From Gammaproteobacteria bacterium (GTDB lineage Bacteria; Pseudomonadota; Gammaproteobacteria; Steroidobacterales; Steroidobacteraceae): a DNA stretch of 30,085 bases. Under the pieces are notes generated by a model. The model had not been told where the DNA came from and searched no databases. It was given only the letters and a program-made list of their open reading frames with translations. Position 1 is the stretch's first letter, and every line of letters starts with the position of its first letter. Shown in pieces: positions 7,716 to 15,151 of this stretch. The DNA lies in the NCBI GenBank assembly GCA_019242385.1, contig JAFAVO010000238.1, positions 1 through 30,085 on the forward strand, given 5' to 3'. The translations under genes were made by a program, and so were the position numbers.

Positions 7716-9910
7716 GTAGCGCGCAGCCGCACCTCGTAGCAGCGGTGGATGCGCGGATTGCGGGCGAAATCGAGCGGCAGCGTCGCGGCCGATATATCGC
7801 GGATGTCATAACGGGCGCTCAGGCCGGCATCGAGCCTGAAGCGCTGTGCATTGGTCGAGAAAAGCAGCAGCCCGCCGGGGGCGAGCAGCCGCATGCAGGC
7901 ATCGATGAGCGCGGGATGATCGCGGCCCACATCGAGCACACCAGTCATGCGCTTGGAGTTGGAGAAGGTCGGTGGGTCGAGGAATATGAGATCGAAGCGC
8001 GCTGCGGCTCGCCCGGCCTCCTCCAGCCAGCGCTCGCAGTCGGCCTGCACGAAGCGGTGCTGATTGCCCGCCAGAGCGTTGAGTGTGAGATTCTCCTGTG
8101 CCCAGCCCAGATAGGTCGCTGACAGGTCGACGCTGGTCGTGCTGCGCGCACCGCCAGCAGCCGCGTACACGGTCGCCGTGCCGGTATAGGCGAACAGGTT
8201 GAGAAAATGCTGCCCGCGTGCTGCCTGACGCAGCCGTGCGCGGGTCATGCGGTGATCAAGGAACAGGCCGGTGTCCAGATAGTCCTCGAAATTGACCCGT
8301 AGCCGCAGCCCACCCTCGAGCACGGTATGAAACCGCCGGTGCTCGCCGACCTTGTGGTACTGCTCGCCACGGCGCGTGCGCCGGCGGGTCCGCAGGCGGG
8401 TGCGCGCGGCGGGCACCGCGGTAACCTCGGGCAGAGTTGCCACCACCTCGCCGCGCCGCCGTTGCACGGCCTCGCGCTCGATCTCGGCGGGCGCTGCGTA
8501 CTCCTGAACGTAGAGCCAGCTCTCCTGCGGCTCGATCACCCGGTAGAGGTCGATGGCGAAGGCGTACTCGGGCATATCGGCATCGTAGAGGCGATAGCAG
8601 GAGATGCCCTGGCGCTCGCTCCAGCCGTGCAGCCGCTGCAGGTTCTTCCTGAGGCGATTAGCGAACATCTGCGCACCGGCGCTGCCCCGGTGATGTTCAA
8701 CGCCGCGACCGAGCGTGCCGGGCTCGCGTGCGCTCTCGCGGCTCACCTGGATGCGCAGCAGGCGGCACTCGATGGCACCGTTCCACACGCTGTGCGTGCG
8801 ATAGGCGCGCAGGCCAAGCTCCATGCCGAGCTCTGAGAGGGTGAGCACGGCCGCGCTCCAACCCTGAAAGCGCTCGCGCAGCACTGCGCCGAGCTCCCGA
8901 TGCAGCGCCTGGGCGGCGGCCCGGTCCGCCAGCCGCTCGCCGTAGGGTGGATTGGTGCACAAGAGGCCGGCGGTGGCGGCGGCCGGTGGTCGTGCCTCAG
9001 CGAGGGCTCCGGTCTCGAAGCGCACGATTGGCTCGATACCGGCGCGGGCTGCGTTGGCCTGCGCGCGCTCGATGGCGCGCGCGTCCTGATCGCGGCCATG
9101 CAGGCGCACCTCGGTGCCGGCACCCGCCCGGGCACGCGCCTCGGCCTCCTCGCGCAGTCGCGCCCACAGCGCAGGGTCGTGTGCGCGCCACTTGAGGAAG
9201 CCGAAATACTCACGCGTCAGCCCCGGGGCGCGATCGGCAGCGATCAGTGCGGCCTCGATACACAGCGTGCCCGAGCCGCACAGCGGGTCGAGGAACTGCG
9301 CCGCCGGACCCGGCTCGCCGGGATGCGCGAGCTTTTCCCAGCCGGCGCGCAGCAGGACGCCCGCCGCGACGTTCTCCTTGAGCGGGGCCTCGCCGCCCTG
9401 CGCGCGGTAGCCGCGGCGGTGCAGACTCTCACCGGAGAGATCGATGGACAGCGTGACGCGCGTGCCACGGGCATGCGCGTGCACGCGCACATCCGGGCGC
9501 GTGCGTGCCACATCCGGACGGACGCCGGTGGCGGCGCGCAGCGCATCGACGATGCCGTCCTTGAGCTTCAGCGCGCCGAACTGGGTGTGGGTCACAGTGG
9601 GATGTCGCCCGCTGAAATCGCAGGCGAGCGTCGCACCCGGGGCGAGGTGCGCGCTCCAGTCGAGCGCGCAGACCGCGGCGTGAAACTCGCGCGCATCCTG
9701 CGCCTCGAAATGCGCCAGCTCGAGGAACACGCGGCTCGCGATGCGCGACCACAGACACGCCCGATAGGCGCACTCCAGTGATCCGGCAAAGGTGACCTCT
9801 ACCGTGCGCTCGCGAATTGCCTGTGCGCCGCAGCGGCCGAGCTCAGCCGCGAGCAGGTCGGCGAATCCGCGCGGCGCGCTCGCCAGAAAATTGAAAACCG
9901 CGGCGCTCAC
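7712..9910 (-). CDS. rlmL: Bifunctional 23S rRNA G2445/G2069 methyltransferase RlmKL
   Basis: THUMP region, LSGESLHRRGYR, APLKENVAA, DPLCGSGT, TNPPYGERL, DTGLFLDHR, NLFAYTGTA, FLDPPTFSNSKRM. GTG start. Confidence 0.95.
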   Translation of the reverse strand: MSAAVFNFLASAPRGFADLLAAELGRCGAQAIRERTVEVTFAGSLECAYRACLWSRIASRVFLELAHFEAQDAREFHAAVCALDWSAHLAPGATLACDFSGRHPTVTHTQFGALKLKDGIVDALRAATGVRPDVARTRPDVRVHAHARGTRVTLSIDLSGESLHRRGYRAQGGEAPLKENVAAGVLLRAGWEKLAHPGEPGPAAQFLDPLCGSGTLCIEAALIAADRAPGLTREYFGFLKWRAHDPALWARLREEAEARARAGAGTEVRLHGRDQDARAIERAQANAARAGIEPIVRFETGALAEARPPAAATAGLLCTNPPYGERLADRAAAQALHRELGAVLRERFQGWSAAVLTLSELGMELGLRAYRTHSVWNGAIECRLLRIQVSRESAREPGTLGRGVEHHRGSAGAQMFANRLRKNLQRLHGWSERQGISCYRLYDADMPEYAFAIDLYRVIEPQESWLYVQEYAAPAEIEREAVQRRRGEVVATLPEVTAVPAARTRLRTRRRTRRGEQYHKVGEHRRFHTVLEGGLRLRVNFEDYLDTGLFLDHRMTRARLRQAARGQHFLNLFAYTGTATVYAAAGGARSTTSVDLSATYLGWAQENLTLNALAGNQHRFVQADCERWLEEAGRAAARFDLIFLDPPTFSNSKRMTGVLDVGRDHPALIDACMRLLAPGGLLLFSTNAQRFRLDAGLSARYDIRDISAATLPLDFARNPRIHRCYEVRLRAT

Positions 9911-9959
9911 CTGCGCGGGGCGTGCTGAGGCCGAGGGACGACGCGCGTCGAGCGGTACC

Positions 9960-11465
9960 TCACTCGGCGGTGAGGTCGATCCACGTGGTCTTCAGTTCGG
10001 TGTACTTCTCGAGCGCGTGCAGCGACTTGTCGCGGCCGATTCCCGACTGCTTGAACCCGCCGAAGGGCACGGTGATATCGTCCGCATCGTAGCAGTTGAC
10101 GTACACCGTTCCGGCACGCAACGCGCGCGCCACCCGATGCGCGGTGGTCACATCGCGGGTCCACACCGCCGCGGCGAGGCCGTAGATCACGTCATTCGCG
10201 ATCTCGATCGCCTCATCGACCGTCTTGAAGGTGATCGCCGAGAGGACCGGGCCGAAGATTTCCTCGCGTGCGATCGCCATCGCCGGCTTCACCCCCTCGA
10301 ACACGGTCGGCTCGATGAAGTAGCCGCCGCTGTCCTCGCGCACCCGCCGTCCGCCGAAGCGAATGCTGGCACCGGCATCGCGCCCGGCATCGATGTAACT
10401 CAGCACGCGCTTCATCTGTGTCTCATCGACGATCGCGCCGAGCCGCGTCGCCGGATCGAGCGGGTCGCCCGGCGCCAGGCTGCGGCCGATCGCGTGCACC
10501 TTCTCCAGCACCGCATCCTTGATGCCTTCCTGCAGCAGCAGCCGTGAGCCGGCCGAGCACATCTCGCCCTGGTTGAAGAAGATGGCCCACGCGGCCGCGG
10601 TCGCAGCCTTGTCGAGATTGGGATAGTCCGCCAGCACGATGTTGGGCGACTTGCCGCCGCACTCGAGCGATACCCGCTTGAGATTGGACTGACCGGCGAA
10701 CTGCATGATGGCGCGCCCGGTGGCGGTCGAGCCCGTGAAGGCGATGCAGTCGACGTCCATGTGCAGCGCCAGCGCCTTACCGGCGGTGGGACCCAACCCC
10801 GGAACGACGTTGAACACCCCGGGAGGCACGCCCGCCTGGATCGCGAGCTCGGCGACCTTGAGCGCGGTGAGGGGTGATTTCTCCGAGGGCTTGAGCACGA
10901 ATGAGTTGCCGCCGGCGAGCACCGGCGCGAATTTCCACGCCGCCATCAGCAGAGGAAAGTTCCACGGCACGATGGCGCCGACCACCCCGAGTGGCTCGCG
11001 CGTGATCAGCGCCAGGGCCTCGGGACCCGTGGGTGCGATCTGGTCGTACACCTTGTCGATCGCTTCCGCGTACCACTGCACACAGCGCGCCGCGGCCGGG
11101 ATGTCGACCTTGAGGCTGTCGCTGATGGGTTTGCCCACATCGAGCGTCTCCAGCAGCGCGAGCTCTTCGGCGTGCTCGCGGATCAGCTCCGCGAGGCGCA
11201 GCAGCACCTTCTTGCGCTTCGCCGGCGGCTGCTGTGACCAGCCTCCCTTGCGGAATGCGGCACGGGCCGAAATGACCGCGCGATTGATGTCCTCGCCGTC
11301 GCCGGCCGCGACGCGCGCGAGCAGCTTCCCGGTGGCCGGATTGATGCAGTCGAAGGTGGCACCGGAGGCTGCATCCAGGTAACGCCCGTCGATGAACGCC
11401 TGGGTGCGGAACTCGAGCCGCCGCGCGCGCTCGTGCCAGGAAACCGATTCAGCTGTTGCGCTCAT
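9960..11465 (-). CDS. puuC: Aldehyde dehydrogenase, PuuC-like (gamma-glutamyl-gamma-aminobutyraldehyde dehydrogenase)
   Basis: PWNFP, KPSEKSP, FTGST, LECGGKSP (catalytic Glu), FFNQGEMCSAGS (catalytic Cys), EEIFGPV. Lies 17 nt downstream of puuR. Confidence 0.85.
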   Translation of the reverse strand: MSATAESVSWHERARRLEFRTQAFIDGRYLDAASGATFDCINPATGKLLARVAAGDGEDINRAVISARAAFRKGGWSQQPPAKRKKVLLRLAELIREHAEELALLETLDVGKPISDSLKVDIPAAARCVQWYAEAIDKVYDQIAPTGPEALALITREPLGVVGAIVPWNFPLLMAAWKFAPVLAGGNSFVLKPSEKSPLTALKVAELAIQAGVPPGVFNVVPGLGPTAGKALALHMDVDCIAFTGSTATGRAIMQFAGQSNLKRVSLECGGKSPNIVLADYPNLDKAATAAAWAIFFNQGEMCSAGSRLLLQEGIKDAVLEKVHAIGRSLAPGDPLDPATRLGAIVDETQMKRVLSYIDAGRDAGASIRFGGRRVREDSGGYFIEPTVFEGVKPAMAIAREEIFGPVLSAITFKTVDEAIEIANDVIYGLAAAVWTRDVTTAHRVARALRAGTVYVNCYDADDITVPFGGFKQSGIGRDKSLHALEKYTELKTTWIDLTAE

Positions 11466-11482
11466 GACGGACCTCTCGATCC

Positions 11483-12031
11483 TCAGAAAGTCGCGGGGGT
11501 GCAGGCACTGATGATCTCACACGTCTCCCGTCCCACGTTGCGGAAGCGGTGCGGCAGCTGACTCGCGAAGTAATAAGCTTCACCCGGACCGAGCACGCGC
11601 GTCGCGCCCCCGACGGTGAGCTCGATGCGTCCGCGGATCACGACGCCCGCTTCCTCACCCCGAGGCGGCAGCATCTCCTCGCCGGTGGCCGCGCCGGCGG
11701 CGTAACGCTCGTGCAGCACCGTGAGCTGCCTCGCGGGACGCTGCGCCGCCACCAGCCGCAGCGACACCTCGGCGCTGCCGAGCTCCAGGAGCTCATCCGC
11801 GCCGAAGAATGCCTGCGGGGGGGCGCTCAGATCGAGCGTGAAGAACTCCGCGAGCGACATCGGCACCCCATCCAGCACCTTCTTCAGGGAGCTCACCGAG
11901 GGACTCACCCGATTCTGCTCGATGAGCGAGATCAGTCCGTTGGTTACGCCGGCCCGCCGCGCGAGCTCGCGCTGCGAGAGGCCGAAGGTGGTGCGTACGC
12001 TGCGCAGCCGCGCGCCGACGTCGATGCTCAT
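11483..12031 (-). CDS. puuR: XRE-HTH + cupin transcriptional repressor PuuR
   Basis: GLSQRELARRAGVTNGLISLIEQNRVSPSVSSLKKVLDG, followed by a cupin domain ending ISACTPATF. Polyamine-gene context. Confidence 0.9.
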   Translation of the reverse strand: MSIDVGARLRSVRTTFGLSQRELARRAGVTNGLISLIEQNRVSPSVSSLKKVLDGVPMSLAEFFTLDLSAPPQAFFGADELLELGSAEVSLRLVAAQRPARQLTVLHERYAAGAATGEEMLPPRGEEAGVVIRGRIELTVGGATRVLGPGEAYYFASQLPHRFRNVGRETCEIISACTPATF

Positions 12032-12035
12032 GATG

Positions 12036-12053
12036 TGTTTAATATTTTGAACA
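12036..12053. promoter_or_regulatory. Candidate PuuR operator, TGTTTAATATTTTGAACA
   Basis: Near-perfect 18-bp AT-rich palindrome 4 nt upstream of the puuR ATG, in otherwise GC-rich DNA. A related copy lies at 1192-1209. Confidence 0.7.
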
Positions 12054-12141
12054 AATGGCGGCCGAAATATCCCTGTAGTGGCTGGGTTTGTCCACTTTAT
12101 TTATCATTCGACGCCCTTTCGGACCCCACCGAGCTCAGCCC

Positions 12142-13476
12142 ATGTCCAACGTCCGCAGCTCTGCCGCCCTCAGCCGCTCCGACCTCGAAGCCCTGTGGCT
12201 GCCCTTCACCGCGAACCGTCAGTTCAAGGCCAACCCGCGACTGCTCGCCCGCGCGAGCGGCATGCATTACTGGACCGCCGATGGCCGGCAGATTCTCGAT
12301 GCGGTCGCGGGGCTGTGGTGCGTGAATGCCGGCCACGCGCGGCACGAGATCACGCAGGCGGTCGCCGGCCAGCTCGAGACGCTCGACTACGGACCCTCAT
12401 TCCAGATGGCGCACCCCGCTGCGTTCCAGCTCGCCAACGAGCTGGTGAAGATAGCGCCCGAGGGGCTCGACCACGTGTTCTTCACCAACTCGGGCTCCGA
12501 GGCGGTGGACACGGCGCTGAAGATCGCGCTCGCCTTCCATCGCGTGCGCGGCGCGGGCACGCGCACCCGCCTCATCGGCCGGGAGCGCGCGTATCACGGA
12601 GTTGGTTTTGGCGGCATCTCGGTCGGCGGCATCGTCTCGAACCGCAGGACCTGGTCGGCCGCGCTGATTGCCGGTGTCGATCACCTGCCGCACACGCACG
12701 ATCTCGCCCGCAACGCCTTCTCGCGCGGGCTGCCGCAGCATGGGGCACAACTCGCCGAGGAGCTCGAGCGGCTGGTCGCGCTGCACGATGCCTCCAACAT
12801 TGCCGCGGTCATCGTCGAGCCCGTTGCCGGGTCCACCGGGGTGCTGCTGCCGCCACGGGGTTATCTGCAGAAGCTGCGGGAGATCTGCGACCGTCACGGG
12901 ATCCTCCTCATCTTCGATGAGGTGATCACCGGCTTTGGTCGCACCGGCTCGGCCTTCGCGGCCGAGGAGTTCGGCGTGCGGCCGGACATGATGACCCTCG
13001 CCAAGGGGCTCACCAACGGCTGCATTCCGATGGGCGGAGTGCTGGTGAGCAAGGCCATCTATGAGCAGTTCATGCAGGGACCGGAGGGCATCGAGCTGTT
13101 CCACGGCTACACGTACTCCGGACATCCCGCCGCCTGCGCCGCGGGCCTCGCAACCCTCGCCCTCTATGAGCGCGAGGGGCTGCTCACCCGTGCCGCCTCG
13201 CTCGCGAAATATTGGGAGGACGCCGCGCATGCGCTGCGCGACCTGCCGCAGGTGGTCGATGTGCGCAACTACGGACTGATTCTCGGCCTCGAGCTCGAGC
13301 CGATTGCGGGTAGGCCGGGCGCGCGTGGCTTCGAGGTGTTTGCGCGCTGCTTCGAGCGCGGGGTCCTCGTGCGTCAGACCGGCGAGGTGATTGCCCTCTC
13401 ACCGCCGCTCATCATCGAGAAGCCGCAGATCGACCAGATCTTCGACACCTTGCGCGAGGTGCTGCGCGCGCAATAG
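12142..13476 (+). CDS. Class III PLP aminotransferase, omega-amino acid/beta-alanine:pyruvate transaminase type
   Basis: GLWCVNAGH, FFTNSGSEAVDTALK, YHG, FDEVITGFGRTG, TLAKG (PLP Lys), FHGYTYSGHP. Start set at MSNVRSS (12142). Confidence 0.9.
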   Translation: MSNVRSSAALSRSDLEALWLPFTANRQFKANPRLLARASGMHYWTADGRQILDAVAGLWCVNAGHARHEITQAVAGQLETLDYGPSFQMAHPAAFQLANELVKIAPEGLDHVFFTNSGSEAVDTALKIALAFHRVRGAGTRTRLIGRERAYHGVGFGGISVGGIVSNRRTWSAALIAGVDHLPHTHDLARNAFSRGLPQHGAQLAEELERLVALHDASNIAAVIVEPVAGSTGVLLPPRGYLQKLREICDRHGILLIFDEVITGFGRTGSAFAAEEFGVRPDMMTLAKGLTNGCIPMGGVLVSKAIYEQFMQGPEGIELFHGYTYSGHPAACAAGLATLALYEREGLLTRAASLAKYWEDAAHALRDLPQVVDVRNYGLILGLELEPIAGRPGARGFEVFARCFERGVLVRQTGEVIALSPPLIIEKPQIDQIFDTLREVLRAQ

Positions 13477-13521
13477 CCCGCGCGGGCGCGGCAAGCCGCA
13501 CCCGGTCGCGCGGCGCAGTGC

Positions 13522-13662
13522 TCAGCCGCGCGGCTCGCGATGGCGCCTGGAGAGCGCCATCCAGCCGATTGCGACCACGAGCAGCGCGATGCCGATGAGC
13601 ACGGCCATCCCGGGGCTATGGGAAGTGGGGATCCGCTCAGCAGCGACGGTAATGGTTTCCAC
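13522..13662 (-). CDS. Putative 46-aa single-pass membrane protein
   Basis: Below the ORF-track cutoff. Translation: (M)ETITVAAERIPTSHSPGMAVLIGIALLVVAIGWMALSRRHREPRG*. GAAGG precedes the GTG, an in-frame stop lies just upstream, and one hydrophobic helix is followed by a basic tail. Confidence 0.55.
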   Translation of the reverse strand: METITVAAERIPTSHSPGMAVLIGIALLVVAIGWMALSRRHREPRG

Positions 13663-13778
13663 GGGATACCTTCAGTCTCCGGCACACCCGCGTACCTTCC
13701 CACCGGGCGCGCGACCAATGAAGCCGCGCGCTGCGTTTCTGCGACGGGGTTCAAGATCGGTGCCGGGTTATGTCTCAC

Positions 13779-14135
13779 TCAGCTGCGCGCTTCGAAGATC
13801 GCATAGATCTTCGCGCAGTCTTCGATGACCTCCCAGGTGCCGGTGAACCCGGCGGGAATCAGGAAGGCATCGCCGGCGGCAAAATTCATGCGCTCGCCGG
13901 CCGCGCTCTCGATGACTACCTTGCCGGCAGTCATGACGCACAGCTCGTTCTCGGTGTAGCGCACACGCCATTTGCCGCGCGTGGCCGACCAGCGTCCCGC
14001 GAAGAACTGCTGGCTCACATCGCTGAAGTAGTTACGTACCTGCAGCTCCGGCGTCCCGGCGATCAGCCGCTCGGCGGGCGGCTCGGATACCTCCGGCTCG
14101 AGTGCTCCATCCAGGCGAACGATGCTGGTGCTCAT
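13779..14135 (-). CDS. Cupin-domain protein (DUF861/EutQ-like)
   Basis: FFAGRWSATRGKW...YTENELCVMTAGKV...GDAFLIPAGFTGTWEV...KIYAIFE. Start set at MSTSIVR (14135), which follows AGGA. Confidence 0.85.
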   Translation of the reverse strand: MSTSIVRLDGALEPEVSEPPAERLIAGTPELQVRNYFSDVSQQFFAGRWSATRGKWRVRYTENELCVMTAGKVVIESAAGERMNFAAGDAFLIPAGFTGTWEVIEDCAKIYAIFEARS

Positions 14136-14235
14136 GAGGATCCTGCGCAGGTGTTCGTGCCAGGAAATCTTAGCGCGAAGATGCCCCGCGAGCTTGTATG
14201 CACGCGGCGGGCCCGGCTGCGGGCGCACCCGCGCG

Positions 14236-14976
14236 CTAATCACGGCGCGCGACCTCGGGCGCGCCCGGCAGCTGCAGCCGCACACTCACCCGGCGCTCGA
14301 GCGCGTAGGTGTCGAGATTCCCGTCCGCCTGCGCCGCCTCCCTGCCGTGTGCCTCGATGCGAATGCGCTCGCTCGGCACCCCGGCGCTCGTCAGCACCGC
14401 CGCCACGTTCAGCGCCCGCCGCCGGGAGAGCTCCTGGTTGTACGCGTCCGAGCCCCGCGGGTCCGCGAAACCGGCGACGGATATCTCTGCCTGCGGCATC
14501 GAGGCCGCCAGCGCTCCGAGCTTCAGCAGCGGGGACATCGCCTGCGCCGCGACCGAGTCGTCATCGGTACGGAAGCTGACATCGAGCCCGAGCTGATCGG
14601 TGTGCGCGAGCTCGGCAGCGAGCTCAGTGCCACGCGCCTGCGCCTGGGACAGCGCGTCATCGAGCGCCGCCACGTTGCCCGTGAGCTGGGCGCGCTGATC
14701 CTCGCTCTGCCTGAGCTCCGCGGTGAGTGCCGCCGCGGTCTGCACCTGATGGTGGTAACGATCACCGAGTAAAGCGCCCGCGGCAGCGCCCACCACGGCG
14801 CCGACCGGTCCGCCGGCAACAGCTCCGATCGCAATCCCCGTGAGGGCGCCGAAGTCCGCGGGCTTGGACCCCGCGCCGGGCGGCTCCGCTGCTGCACCAG
14901 CACCCGCCGCCGCGGCTCCCATGCAGCCGCCGATCGCCAAAGCGAGCACCGGGGCCCGCCGTGTCACTCTCTTCAT
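14236..14976 (-). CDS. OmpA-family protein with glycine zipper and coiled-coil (PdsO-like architecture)
   Basis: GIAIGAVAGGPVGAVVGAAAGALLG, then a helical coiled-coil, then the OmpA C-domain GFADPRGSDAYNQELSRRRA...ERRV. AAGGAG RBS. Confidence 0.8.
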   Translation of the reverse strand: MKRVTRRAPVLALAIGGCMGAAAAGAGAAAEPPGAGSKPADFGALTGIAIGAVAGGPVGAVVGAAAGALLGDRYHHQVQTAAALTAELRQSEDQRAQLTGNVAALDDALSQAQARGTELAAELAHTDQLGLDVSFRTDDDSVAAQAMSPLLKLGALAASMPQAEISVAGFADPRGSDAYNQELSRRRALNVAAVLTSAGVPSERIRIEAHGREAAQADGNLDTYALERRVSVRLQLPGAPEVARRD

Positions 14977-15151
14977 GATGTGCTCCTTGCTTCAAGGTGG
15001 TGAGTACCGAAGTTCCAACGAGGATCAGTTCAGCGCACGCAGCGGCGCAGCCGGTGGAGCAAAAGCGTCGGCACCGGGATGCTTAGTGGCGAAAAATGGC
15101 AAGGCGGGGTGTTCGCATATACTGGCCGCCCTTCGCGCTACCGGGACCACC

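Noticed and set aside
13477-13521. GC hairpins after the transaminase as a terminator
   Set aside because: There is no U-tract on either strand, so it cannot be supported as an intrinsic terminator.
13540-13806. 88-aa + strand ORF in the track
   Set aside because: It has no RBS or recognisable motif, overlaps the cupin end, and is antisense to the more plausible 46-aa membrane ORF.
14147-14163. Sigma54-like TGGCACG upstream of the cupin gene (- strand)
   Set aside because: It reads TGGCACG-AACAC-CTGC, so the GC falls one base too far from the GG; sigma54 spacing is strict.
14840-15151. N-terminal extension of the M16 ORF
   Set aside because: It overlaps the divergent OmpA gene and the intergenic region; the signal peptide starts at 15152.
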